Source: Callorhinchus milii (Eukaryota). Taken from it: a DNA stretch of 64,000 bases. The stretch covers positions 66,714,001 through 66,778,000 of the forward strand of contig NW_024704743.1 in NCBI RefSeq assembly GCF_018977255.1, given 5' to 3'. A model generated the notes under the pieces. It made no database searches, was not told where the DNA came from, and saw only the letters and a program-made list of their open reading frames with translations. Below, piece by piece: positions 35,463-48,668 of this stretch (positions within the stretch are counted from its first letter, which is position 1; the number at the start of each line of letters is the position of its first letter). Position numbers and translations under genes: made by a program.

Positions 35463-38400
35463 GCAAAGAGCTCGTTCATTGGTGACACTCTTGCTGAACC
35501 AGGAAGGGAGAAGAGTCGACTTTCTTCGATGATCTAATATCTGACTGAGGGAAGTCTGCAGTATTAAGAGAATGAAATAATATTGGATTATTGAGATTTG
35601 ATAATTAGCAAATTGTTTGTCTCTGGAAGCCAGTTGGTTAAACTGCAAACCTTTGATTATCCAGCACCTTGGGATGTCCTCCTGACATGAAAGGTGCTAT
35701 ATAAAAGCAATTTATTGTTGTTGTTATTGTCTCATTAATAAGACTTAGAAGGATAGACAATCTCTGAAGTACACAATTCTTTATGGGAAGAATTGTGTAT
35801 CTCAGAGATTATCTATCCTTCCAAGAATTAATAATCCTGCAAACTGCAGATCTAGTGGATAGAATGGTCCCAGTTGGGCAAACAGTTGGAGGTAACCAAT
35901 GCCTCATACAATCAAAATTCCAAACAAAATCAATAGTTTTTACATATATTTTACTGTCTACACGTATGTCTCCAATAACATTTGTAAAGCGAACTAAATG
36001 TTAATCTGAATTTATTTCATCCAACTATTGTTTGCAGCACCTTTACTCTACGTCATCTAGCATCCCAGTCTGAGTTCTATGCTTAACCACATCTATCAAT
36101 AGCTAAGAGAACCCTGTAGCCCAGTAAAAACAACAGGTTACATTCAGCATAGCTCAGCTCTCAAGATTTATTTCATCTTTTGCAGTCTCCTTTAGTCCAC
36201 ACAACAATAATTGCCAGGCACTAATTGGTGTGAAATGATCGCTTAATGAACAGAAATATAGCTTCTGTTAGTTTTGGATTACGGATTATGGCATTGCATG
36301 AAACCATTTAGTCATTTCCTCGTTACTGGACAGCTACCTACAGTGCAAATTTGAAGCGAGACAGTCCTCTCTTATGTGCATAGAAATGGATTAGTTAATT
36401 TACATGACCCATCATTACTTCAGAGGCAATGATATCAGCAATAGCATTAAGCCTAACTTCTAGTATGTGAGTGTGGTACATTCAATCACAGGATACCTGT
36501 CCCACTGTCTGATGAAACAGCCCTTTGTAGAGGACATGCTGTAGCTTCACCAAAAAACCTTAAACACAAAAACAAATCCTGCATAATCATACAGCAATTT
36601 ATCATGTCGTCAAAACATCTTAAAATGCTTCACAGCATTTCATATAAAATATGATGCCTGTAAAATACAGTATTTGTTTTCACATTTTCTTGGTACATTT
36701 TTCCTGCTTTCTCTCTGGTATGGTTGTCAAACACTACATTTATTTTATTTGAAGATTATGATTTTGATTTAATCTCCCTTTTCTCCTAAAATGCATGAGT
36801 GAAAATTGCAATGTTTCGATGCGTTAGCACCTGTTGTGCTATTTAGCAGTTACAGTGAATTCAGTGACTGTTTGATATTTAAAACATTGACTGATTCTGT
36901 CCAAATATCCCCCTCTCCCCAAGTGGCCTCTCATCGAGAGACTGGACATTATTCTACAGTGATTAGCAGATTCTACTGTGATTAGCAGAATAAAGGAAAA
37001 ATGTAATAATGATTGCATTTGATTCAGTCCCTTTCAGGTCAGATGTTTCAAAAGCTATTAAGGTGCAGCCCAATGCTAACATCTCACAAGCCAGAACTCC
37101 ATAGCAAAGCATGGTTGGATTCTGGACACAGTGATTGAGAAGGTGTTGAGGGGGAGGCATAGCCTCCAGCGCCCCCCAGGAACCAATAACAATAACAACT
37201 TGCATTTATGTAGTGGCCTTCACAAAGGTAGCATCTCAGAGCACTTGACAGTGGAGGAGCTTGACACCAGGGAAGGAGAGGAGCTTACTATAGGCGTGGT
37301 CAAAGAGGAAGGTCTTCAGATGCAATCTAAAGGATCCTGAAGTATTTCATGAAGTTACTAAATTCAACACGTACATTAATTAGCCCTCGTACTCAGTACT
37401 CTCAGCAGCATATTCAAACGAGCCAGTGATTTTGTCTGTCAAGAGAAGACTGACCTTGAGCAGATGTGAGGGAGCTGTACATTTCCAATGCAAAGTCTAA
37501 GTGGCATGTCCTACACAGGAATTCTTGTTCTACCTGTGATCCCTGCAGTGTGTTTGGTTCTAGCATATCTAAGGTTCTCACTTACCAATAAAACATCTTG
37601 ATTATTTTTAAGCAATTGAGTTGGTTAACTTACTGATCCTCAGCTGCAAAAGGGAATGACAAACCATGTGATGCACTGCATTTTGTTTGTACGATCACGA
37701 TAATACAATTAATGTTCCCCAGGGAGATGGATCAATTCCTCAAACAGGATATAACTCTGTGGAAACCATAGGACCAAATTGGCTTTTCAGATCCTTTCAA
37801 AACAATTGCAAAATGCCCTCTTGCTCTGACCTGTTCTTAATGTTTATTTTTTGTAAGAAAAATAATTAACTTGTGTTGCCATGGCTACCAGAATCCAGAA
37901 GCTAAAGGTCATCAATTCCAACACATCTACAATGGTTATAAATGTCATGTTGAAGGTATTGCCAGATATATGTTGCAAGCTTTTGAAGTATATCTGATTA
38001 TTTTTGATACTCCTTCCCCTCCCTAACAATTTGAAGTTTAAAGCTACACATTGAAAGTTAAAACCATAGCATGTGTAGAGAGTGTACTGTATAAATGTAC
38101 TGTTCAAGGTGCAAGCACAGTGGAAACATCTGCAAATGATTGACTAGCACGCGTACAGCTCAGTATCAATTCCTGCGTAGGAGATCTGTGAACTGAATTT
38201 GACATCTGCCCGTGCAGAGAAGGTAATATGTGAAAAGAGAATAAAGTCAATACAATAATACATATAATGCCTTTTACATAATGCCTTTCATATTAGGAGC
38301 ACAGGTAGAGTTTGACTAGGGCTTGGAGGGGACTAAGCTGTGTTCTCAGACCTGCAGGTTTTCTTCCCCCTCAGCACTGAAACGAATCCTACCAGTTGCT

Positions 38401-38534
38401 CATCGCCATTGACGCCTTAGTGCAATGAACTGGAGTACGTTCACTAGCGGCGAAGGTGGTGTGATGTCTGGAGATATGTATCTTGCTGTATAATAATAAT
38501 AATCCTTGCATTGAGAAAGCGCCTTATCACATTG

Positions 38535-39885
38535 GCTAGACTCCCTTCTCGAACCCCTCCAATTGGGATTCCGTGCCGCCCAGAGCACAGAAACCGCCCT
38601 GGTCAAAGTGACAAATGACATTTTGTCCATCTGAGACCAGGGCTCTCTCTGCCTCCTCCTGGACCTCTCTGCTGTTTTCAATACCGTCGACCACTCTATC
38701 CTCATCCACTGCCTCTTCTTTCACCTCAACCCCCACAGCACTGCCCTTGACTGGTTCAGATCGTACTTCTCACACCGCCTGCATTTCATCTCCTCAAACG
38801 ACTTCTCCTCTAGCCCCCGAACCGTCTCATGCGGTGTTGCTCAGACTCTGTCCTTGGTCCCCTCCTCTTCAATATCTATATGCTCCCCTTTGGTGACATC
38901 ATCCGCAGACATGGGGTCAACTTTCACATGTATGCAAATAACACCCAACTCTACCTCTCTGCCTCCACCCTCGACTCCAGGACCACTGCTGTGCTGACAA
39001 AATGTCTGTCAGACATCAAGTCCTGGACGAGAGCTAACTTTCTTCAGTTGAACAACAACAAGACCGAGGCTCTCCTGATTGGCACCCGTCAGCGCCTCTT
39101 CACCTCAGACGCTGACAGCATCACCATCCATGGTTGCACACTCCTCCTTACTAAGCCAGTCCGGAACCTTGGGGTCCTATTTGACTCTGAAGTATCCTTT
39201 CTACCCCACATCTGCGCCATGACCCACTCTGCTTTCCTCCACCTCCACAACGTCGCCTGGCTCCAACACTGTCTCACACCACAGGCTGCCGAAACCCTTA
39301 TACATGCTTTCATTACATCGGGGCTCCACTATGCAAACTCATTGCTTGTCGGCCTCCCAGGTCCTCCCTCCACAGGCTGCAGATCATCCAGAACTCTGCA
39401 GCCCATGTCCTCTCCTGCACTAGGTTTCACGTCCCTATCAACCCCATCCTTGCCCAACTCCACTGGCTTCCTATCACACAGAGGATACAGTTCAAGATCC
39501 TGGTCCTCACCTTCAAAGCCCTCCATGGTCTTGCTCCCCCCTACCTCTCCGACCTCCTAACCCCCTACCATCCTGTTCATTTCTTCCGCTCAGCAGGCTC
39601 CAGCCTGCTTCACATCCCACTATTGGCAAGCGGGCCTTCTGTCACTCTGCCCCGTCCTTCTCTGGAACTCCATCCCGCAGTCCCTCCGCCTTGCCCCCTC
39701 CCTTGCCACTTTCAAGACCCATCTCAAGACCCTCCTCTTCGACCGTGATTTCGATCTCCCTGCTTCCCCCCTCCCTCCCCCACCCCAAACCCTAGCTTGG
39801 GTCCATAACTCTGTCTATCCAGCACCTTGGGACGTCTTCCTGACGTGAAAGGTGCTATACAAATGTAATTTTGTTGTTGTTATTG
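38535..39885 (+). mobile_element. L2 LINE 3' portion (RT domain)
   Basis: [36 protein letters not shown] (YADD mutated), [12 protein letters not shown]; stem-loop agcaccttgggacgtcttcctgacgtgaaaggtgct and (ttg)n tail. Confidence 0.92.
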
Positions 39886-42274
39886 TAGACGTCTCAAAGC
39901 ATTTCACAAAAGTACAAAGTCAATTAACTATGTTTTGTGGGCGATTGATCCTTTATATTCGTAACCCCGGATTTGTATTAAAAACTCTGGTTTTAATGAA
40001 AAACAAAACACTCTCCCGGAGGGAGTGAAAATTCACCAGTTTCCCTGCTTTCGTACAAATTGATTAGGTAGGTGACACTGTAAAATTAGTATATATTGCA
40101 AAGATGGATATTCACAAATTTTTCATTAAAACAAATGTTAGTCAGTCAGATTTTCGAACACCTCCAACACCAGCTTCTTCTGCTTTCAGTACAGTAACAA
40201 CAAATACGGAATCTAATAGCTCCAGAGGTGCTACCTGTTTCTTCTTCTGTCAAATATAGTAACATTTGAGAGAGAAAAACTAAAAGCTCCAGAGGTTCTT
40301 GGTAGTATCAAAGACCAGGCATTCAGAAAAATACTGATATTAATGCTGATGCTGACTATATATTGAATGATATTATTTTGTAATTCACCAAGCATATGCA
40401 CTACAAGACTTATTTCTCTTCACTACCTTTCAGCACTTATTTTCAGAAAAAAAATCACAGGATGATTAATAAGCAAAAATGATATGTGCCTTGGTTTACA
40501 TGTAGGTTGTTTTGTAACATTAAAAAGTAGTTGTTAAAAAAGGGCTTAAAAACTAATATCAGAAATGATTGCGATAGGTGAAAATCCATCAGCAGCCCCT
40601 GATCCCCACCAGGACTGTGCCTCTGGTGGGCCCCAGGCTCCTCGCCTATAAACTTAACTTTCACTTCAGCCCCCGCAACTCCCCACCCCACCCACGTCAA
40701 AGTCAAAGTCAAATGCCCATGGTCAGGCGGGCATCCCAAAAAACCTTAAACTGCTGGGCACCTGAGCCAGGAGGTGGCAGCTAAGGACAGTGCGGAGAGG
40801 AAGGATGACTAAAAGGTGGTTAAAGAGGTAAGTCAAGGTAAGCTTTGAAAATGGGGAGAAAGGAGTGAGTCAGAGAGACTCCAGGATGGACTTCCAGAAA
40901 TTTAATTGGTTAAAACCTCACCTGTCAATGGTACGGATATGAAACAGGCCGATGTTTGCTAACAAAAGGGAATGGCTTGATTTGTAGGTTTCTGGAGGTT
41001 ATAGAGGTAGGATGGGGCCAAGAATATGAAGGAAGTTGAAAGTAAGAACAAGGATCTTGAATTTGATCCAATGGTTATTCATTTGAATAAAAATGGGGCC
41101 TAATTTGTGATATTCACAAATTTATATTTTGAAATTGCTAATTGCGATTTCTAAATGTGTAAATATGTAAATTGTGATTTCTAAATTCTATAGCTTCTAA
41201 ATCTGAGTTATTTGCAAAAGGGGCAGGACAAAAATAAAATACAAATTAGACAGAAGAAAACATCTGGAGACCAAAATACCATCTCCCATGACAGGCTGTT
41301 TAAACTACCTGCTTCTATTTGCATGTTTTCAGCTTTCAGAAATTGCTGACCTCTCAAGTTGACCAACATGGACTCAAATCAAACATTTACACCCTCTTTT
41401 CAAATAGAAAACTAGCCAACGGATTCATGTCAAATTCTTTCCTGGTTACCCTGAGTTCATTTGTCCCGTTTTTGATAAGAACATCCATGCATCATCAGTA
41501 ATAACCAGATAGCCTTATAAGAAGCAAAATACTCAGTAAACTATGGGCACGTTGTAACAAATGCAATAATGGCCAACAAATGTAAACTTTTCAATCCATT
41601 AACCAATGATAAACAATTTAATCATTTATATTGCAATTTCAGACTTGAGTGCCTTTCGAGTTATATTTTTCTTGTCTTTGTGAAATTTGTTTTATGCAAA
41701 AAAGGAAAAAAGCTTTATTCAGGTGTGACTATTGCTATGTGAAGGATAGGGATGAAGGCCATCTTGGGACCTGGGATGGAATTGAACCCAAACTTGATGG
41801 GGGAAGGGGGGGAATTCTCTCTCCCAAATTACCAGAAGTAAAATCAATTTAAGGTAAGCATCAACCATTTTTCTTGTGACCACGTGATCGCATTACAAAA
41901 TGGCTTTTGTATTTGGCAGTCAAAGAGAGAAGGCAGGGATTTGTGTGGAAATTGGAAAATTAAATAGGTTGGATTCAAAAAAAATTGCAATGGCAGGGAA
42001 AAGTAGCTGAACTCTGTATTTAGCGCATTGCACAACGGACATAGGAGTGTTTGATGTTGAAAGATGGGCAAAAAAAAACCTTATTAACCTTTTTCTGATC
42101 TTTAAAGGGAATTGATAAGCTAGACTCCAATAATGTGTCCAATATAAAGTCTACAACCACAGGAGCCATACTCAATCTATTTTGCATTGGATGTTAAACC
42201 ATGGTCCCACCTGACTGTTCAGGTGGATGTTAAAGACTTAGTTAACATTATTCATCTATGTAGAAACCAAAGTG

Positions 42275-42311
42275 AGTTAACGTTTCGGGTCCACGACCCA
42301 TTGCCAGAACT
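42275..42311 (-). ncRNA. Minimal type I hammerhead ribozyme motif (core mutated)
   Basis: AGUU-CUGGCAAU-GGGUC GUG GACCC-GAAA CG UU-AACU: perfect stem I (AGUU/AACU), perfect 5-bp stem II and palindromic AACGUU at stem III; the CUGANGA box has decayed. Confidence 0.7.
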
Positions 42312-42458
42312 GGGCATGTTGGGAGGTAGAGGCTTTTAAGGAATTTAGGTAGCTTTTAATTCAATGCCATTTCTCTTCTAGGGATGCCTACCTTGAAGAA
42401 GTTTTGCTTTTCTCTTCGACATGATATCCTTAAAAACCTCTCCCTCCCAAACTGCCCC

Positions 42459-42495
42459 ACTTCTGACAATAGGTCGTGGACCCGAAACATTGACT
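42459..42495 (+). ncRNA. Minimal type I hammerhead ribozyme motif (core mutated)
   Basis: ACUU-CUGACAAU-AGGUC GUG GACCC-GAAACAUU-GACU. Confidence 0.6.
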
Positions 42496-45400
42496 CACTT
42501 TCTTTTCTCCATAGATGCTGCCTGACTTAATGAGTGTTCCCAGCGACTTCTGTTTTTGTTTCAGAGTTCCAGCATCTGCAGTATTTTGCGTTTTGACCTG
42601 GCAAACTGTAATTCTTTGTGTCTCTTCCTGCGTATTCCAGTGGAATTCAAATTCTCAAGGAAATGTTGCAATCCCCTATAATTTTAATGAGCATTAACAT
42701 TATCAGTCTGCAAAAGACAAAATGTGCTCAGTTTAAATTTACAATCTGTTTATGCAACAGCACTGCTTTCAAAGATAAAATTGGATTTAAATCAGGAAGT
42801 TGACTTATCTGAAGATGTCATTTTTACTTAATAGATATATTGAGGAGATTATGTGCAGTTCTTTCAAAAACGATAGTGGAGTGGGTATTTTAAAATGTTT
42901 CATGAGGTTGAATACATTCTTCAGCTTTGAAATTAAACATGTTATCAGAAAGAAGGCTTCCAAGTTCTGTTGTCATTTTAGTGTAATTGCAGCTGCACAT
43001 TTAATTGTTCAAATTGACACCACATATTATTTAAGAAGATGGAGTTGAAACTCCAGATGATAAATGGGGTGAGAAAATGTGAAATGAATCCGAGCAGTGA
43101 TTAAAGGTACTCAGGTGGAAGCACAAGAGTTATTGTACCACTACTGTGCAGCAGTGGATTTTTTCTCTGATTTCACACCCAGATGTTCCACTCAGAGGAA
43201 TGTACAAACATGGGAATGCACAGGACCAAAAATACATTGTGAGCCATCTGCCCAGTCGCAAAGTTAAAATAACTAAATAATGCTCCATTACTCCATTTTT
43301 CTAACGCTTCATGTTAATTCTTTGCCAAAGAGCTGCCTAATTTCTTCTTGAATTGATTGACTCAATCTGCCTCTTGGCTTCCTTGGCTAGTCTAAGAAAA
43401 CACGGTCACTGCACGTAAATCACGTGAAGTGCTTTGCAACATTCCGACAAGTTGATAAGGTGATATGTCATTTGCAAGGATCATGTGTTTTATTTCACAT
43501 GTATATTTTGTGTAAAATAATTACAACTCTTCCCCTTCCCTTTTTTGAGCTTAATTTCATGCCCATTAGTCCTGGATTTGTTAACCATCTTAAGCATCTC
43601 CTGGTCTCTGTGTGAACATCACTGCAGAACCCCCTATACAAGAAGAAGTGCCAACTGTGACTGAGAATGACTCATTTTCAGAAAAACCTAATCTTCTTCA
43701 AGAGAATCTGGAAAAACACTGGGGAAAAAAAAATTGCTTATTCCTTTGTGATTCTGCCAAAAGTCATCATTGAACAATTATTGTATTAACAGCCAAAACA
43801 TTCCTTTTGTAACATATACCTATTGATTTCTAGCCAATTTTTATCAACCCAGAATGATTTGACTGGTGTTCTCAGTGTACATGTGTTGAAATTGAAATGT
43901 CAGCAAATTAATCATTGCATGAATTTAGAAAACAAGGCATGTTTCTGAAATAAAACCAAAAAGTGCTGGAAATTAGTGCACAGAAGGCTGATCAGTGTCT
44001 AAAAAAGAAATGTTTTGGATATAAACATCATATTCAAATGTATTACTATTGATTCATCTTAGCCTGTATTCATTCCAATAACTTTTAATTCCATTTCCTA
44101 CTGGACATTATTCAACTCCTTTTTGAAAGTTTTTTGTTAGTCATTGGTTTACCATATCAGGTACTTTGTGGGGGAAAACGGATCTTCTAAATTCTAATCT
44201 CTTGGGAGATATATTAATTTTAAACCTGCTTCCTTCAGTTCTGTGTTTAGTTTCAATTGAATAGTCTATATTTTACCCTCTCCATCAGGATTTTAAAGAC
44301 CTGTTCTTTCTCGATCATTGCCCACACTCCCCAAAAAATCACTCTCCTCATTACTTAGAAATCAAGTTCAGAACTCACTTGTGACTCTGTTCTAATCTCC
44401 TTTAATACTTTACATCAATGAACTTTTGATGGTAGTGTGCTCAAAAATGTCCAATGAAGAGATCAAAATTATGATATTCTAAAATTCATTTTGTTCCTTA
44501 TTTAAGGAATGGTTAAAGTCTGACCAACTGTCAGGTCTCAAGCAACAGGAAATCAAAATTGGAGCCTCCAGCCTTTTTTAGGAGCCACCATTATTCAGAA
44601 GTTGAAGAGTATTTCAAATACATTTTAGCAATGTCCCTTAAATAAGGAATGGAGTAAGGAATACTGCAATTCTGACCCCAATATTCCAGAGGTCACCTGT
44701 CACCTATGCAATGATATGTCAATTTATGGTTGAATGCCCTTGAGGTGTATTTAACACCTTTTTTTGGCTTTTGAAGTGTATCCTAGCATTATATTAGGTT
44801 TTTTATTAATAGCTTCAAATTGACTGGAAACTATCAGTGAATGATCAATAAAAACACCCAAGGAAACATTAGTTTCCTTCTCCATTATCCTCATTCTCGC
44901 CTTTAAATCCCTCCATGGTTTCGCCTCACCCTAACTCTGTGACCTCTTCAAACTCTACTGACCTGGCGGCTCCCTTTACCCAGCAAGCACTGGCCTCTGC
45001 CCTACACGCCCACCATCAGCTGATGCGATCTCAGCATCTGTGCACCCACCCTCTAGAACTCCATCCCAGAGTCCCTCCAAATCCCTCTTCTCTTTCTAGG
45101 TCCTTCTTAACATCTATTTCTTGCACCATACTTTTGGTCATCTTTCCCCTCCACAACCCTATAGCTCCCAACCCCAGCTCGGGTGCCAAGCCAGTACTGT
45201 TAAGTGCCTTGTGACATCCTCCGCTATAAAAGTCACTATAAAAATGTACATTTGTATTATATTGTTATGGAAATCCTTACTTAATGGCACAATTGTTTTG
45301 TTTTATTAATACTGTTTTCTAACCTATGATTTCTGAGATGCTATTCCGCATGAAGTTGTTGTATTGTGCGTTAATTACCTTTCATTTAATCTATTTTAGT

Positions 45401-48020
45401 ATTAATTTTATTAATCTGGTTAATTGGTTCTAATCATTTTGAATGGCATTTATTTCCTTAATATTCAACAACTTGCATTTATAGAACGCCCTTCACATAG
45501 GATAATGACTTGGCATTTTACAATGAGGTGGTCGCCAACTACAGTCGAAGAGGTAGGTTTTAAGACAGGATTTGAAGACAGATAGAGAGGAGGTGAGATG
45601 GAGAGATAGAGGTTGGGAGTTTCAGAGGTTAGGGTGCGCTGAATCTGAATGGTTGACTACTGATGGTGGTGTGGAAAGAGTGGGGCACAGCAAGCCTGTG
45701 TTAGCAGAGTGGAAGGAATTATAATTATCTTCTGCCTACACATCTTGATATCATCAGTAAAAGCTATATCACGAGGCCTAGAGAACATGTGCAGAATCAT
45801 ACTTTTAAATCAATTCTAATTGTTTCACTTTGGATTTACAAAATGCCTTGGATCTTAACCTAAGTGATCATAGGTTTAAAAAAAATATTTATATTCAATC
45901 TACAAATGAGTAGTACCATTAAAAGCAACTCATCTATGCTGGAATATTGTGATGAAGTTAATTTCTTAAATTAAAACAAAGCGTAAAATATTTTTGCTGT
46001 TTAAGAGATAGCATAAGTAGTTTGTTTATAGGGGAGTTTTTAAGCTCAGAGCTCAAATCCTAATATGGTTGTTACGTGCTGCCATCTTCTGGCCGGTCAT
46101 TGCTCCAACCACAAGGTTGACAACTAAATTGACACTGTATGCAGGCAAGCGTATGGTCAGGGTGAAGTATGGATTCATAACGCATCCCAAGTTGGGTTGT
46201 TGAGTACATAGCAAATTAACTTATATCTGTTCAAACCCCAAATCAATAACAACCGCACAGAGCATCTCTAATTCATCCCATGAACATCTGTCATTTTGTA
46301 TAATCTATGCAAAGTCGGTTCCCTTATCAAAAATTGATGAGAAAATGTTACGACGAGGCTGACTGAGAGATGAGGAGGACATCAATAATGTTATTTCATA
46401 GATACTTCAATGCAAGGCTGGCCATGAACTGCATTGAGACAAACCGAAGTCCCAACTGCCCGTTCAGATTGACATTAAAGATCGTAGGGGACAATTTAAA
46501 AAAAGACATTAAATTGGACATTCACTTTCACTTCATGGAAGTTTGTGGACATTGCTGTGTACAAATTGGCTGTCATGTGGGCCAACAAAATACACAGTTT
46601 TTACAGTTACTTTACTACGGGAAATTCTATGAAGGCCTTTGATATAGACTCCCAACTTGAAAGATGCCACATCAAATGCAAGGAATTAAATTTAATACAT
46701 CAGTAAAGTTATTACGAGCATGCTTCAGAGATGAGAAGAACAACAGTAATGTTCGGCCAAGTCTGCTTCAGAGAGGAAGAGGACAGTTGTAATGAAGAAC
46801 AATAACATTAAGGCTGCCTGAATACAATTGCCATCAGATGTAGAATATGTATGTAGAAAAAGAAACTGCATGATGAATAGTCTAATACATTGTCTGATAC
46901 CTGAATGCACAATCCTCAACAACAACAACTTGCACTTCTCTAGGAAAATGTGATGGAACACTTAACATTGGCACAGTTTTACACTGAAGCAGGGAGAAAT
47001 AGGAAGTGACTTTGGGCATGAGGTCAAGAGGTCTTCAGGCATGATTTGAAGATGGACAAAAACATAATTTTCAGAAAACCAAAGATGGGTAAGTTGTATA
47101 GATTGTCTTTCATTTGTAAATTATTTAATATAGATTTGTTTGTTGTTTTTTAAAAAACACTATTATAATAATCTTTGCATTTGATATAACGCCTTATCAC
47201 ATGTCAGGACATCTCAAAGTTACTGCCTGAAAGATTCACTGCAAAGTCTCCTTTGCCTTTTATATCAAGCAGACAGTTCAGTTTGTTGGTCTCCTAAGTT
47301 CCATATATTTTGAAAGTCATAATCAAAATGATCAACTTCTGTTCACTTAGCTCTACAGTATTTCTACCAATGAATGTCATCAGTGTTCTGGGTTTGTGTC
47401 CACTGGGAACTACGCTGAGACAGCTTACATCCATTTTACTAAGAAAAGGCATTGAAGAGAGAAGTTTGTCATGTTATGTCCCAAGGCTGATTGTGACAAC
47501 AGCTTCCAGAGGTGGCAGAGAGATTCCTTAATATTTTGGGCCATCCAGACTCTACCATTGCAACTCAGCTATCTTATTTACCTAGCAATCACCATAACAT
47601 TTCTGTATTATGTCAGTAAGGCCTATTGATGGTTATTTCATTGCAAGATCACAAGATTAGTTTGGATGAAGAAGGCCCTTTGGTCCATCTGATTTCATCC
47701 CTGCAGGATACCCACCCTACCATCCTCCAGAGCTGTTATTTAATTCACAGATGGGCAGCTCTTCAGTAATGTTAGCCTGTAGTCTAGACTGACAGTTCAA
47801 TGCAGGCTGGACATGCACTGCATTGTTGGAGGTGCCATTCTTTGGATAAACCAAAGTTTCAATGTGTTCTGTCTTCAGCCACCCTTCCTGGGAACCAGTT
47901 CTAGTCATTCATTATCCGTGGAGTAATGCAGATATGTGTGAATTATTCATATTTTGCATGTATGAAATTTGCAATAATTCTGAGTGAGATCTGGAGTTCA
48001 ACAAATAGGAATTCCCACTC

Positions 48021-48668
48021 ATAACAACAACAACAAGATTCCATTTATAAAGCGCCTTTCACGTCAGGAGGACGTCCCAAGGCGCTGCACAGTTGGGTCA
48101 TGACCCGAGCAGGGGGGAAATGGTCAGGGTGAGGGGAGGGAGGGAGGAGCGAGGAGGGGGGAAATGGTCAGGGTGAGGGGAGGGAAGGGAGGGAGCAAGG
48201 AGGGGGGAAATGGTCAGGGTGAGGGAAGGGAGGGAACAAGGAGGGGGAAATGGTCAGGGTGAGGGGAGGGAAGGGAGGGAGCGAGGAGGGGGAAGAGAGT
48301 CGAGAGGGGAGCTGAAGGCACGGTCAAAGAGAAAGGTTTTGAGACCGGCCTTGAAGGAGGAAAGGGAGGAAGCAAGGCGAAGGCACTGGGGGATGGAGTT
48401 CCAGAGCCTGGGGGCTGAGAGGCTGAAGGCCCGACCACCGATGGTAGGGCGGTTGGGGCGGGGGATGTGGAGCAGACCAGAGCCAGAGGAACGGAGGGTA
48501 CGGGCAGGTAGGTAGGGGGATAGTAGGTTGGAGAGGTAGGAGGGAGCAAGGCCGTGAATGGCCTTGTAGGTGAGGATGAGGATCTTGAAATCAATCCTCT
48601 GGGGGATGGGGAGCCAGTGGAGGCGAGCGAGGGTGGGAGTGATGTGGTCCCGAAGCCTGGTGTGGGAC
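48021..48668 (-). mobile_element. Young L2 3' fragment with an uninterrupted C-terminal reading frame
   Basis: TRLRDHITPTLARLHWLPIPQRIDFKILILTYKAIHGLAPSYL...GGRAFSLSAPRLWNSIP...FKAGLKTFLFDRAF; perfect 3' stem-loop at 48051-48086. Confidence 0.92.
48107..48294. repeat. G-rich minisatellite, 4 units of 40-46 bp (core GGGGGAAATGGTCAGGGTGAGGG), in the L2 3' region
   Basis: The AAATGGTCAGGGTGAGGG core starts at 48118, 48162, 48208 and 48248. Confidence 0.9.

Larger units (their letters stand above)
42253..42594. mobile_element. Penelope-derived non-autonomous element with about 90-bp inverted arms, each carrying a hammerhead ribozyme motif
   Basis: Arm 42253-42342 is the approximate reverse complement of 42427-42517. 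The right arm continues into the terminal sequence gatgctgcctgac..tgagtgttcccagcgacttctgtttttgtttcag. Confidence 0.8.

Noticed and set aside
38829..39560. Longest ORF in the track (243 aa)
   Set aside because: L2 reverse-transcriptase fragment with catalytic YADD mutated to YANN and a downstream frameshift; not a host gene.
48107..48294. Regularly spaced repeats resembling a CRISPR array
   Set aside because: The intervening sequences are near-identical G/A-rich tracts, the context is eukaryotic and no cas genes are present. It is a minisatellite.
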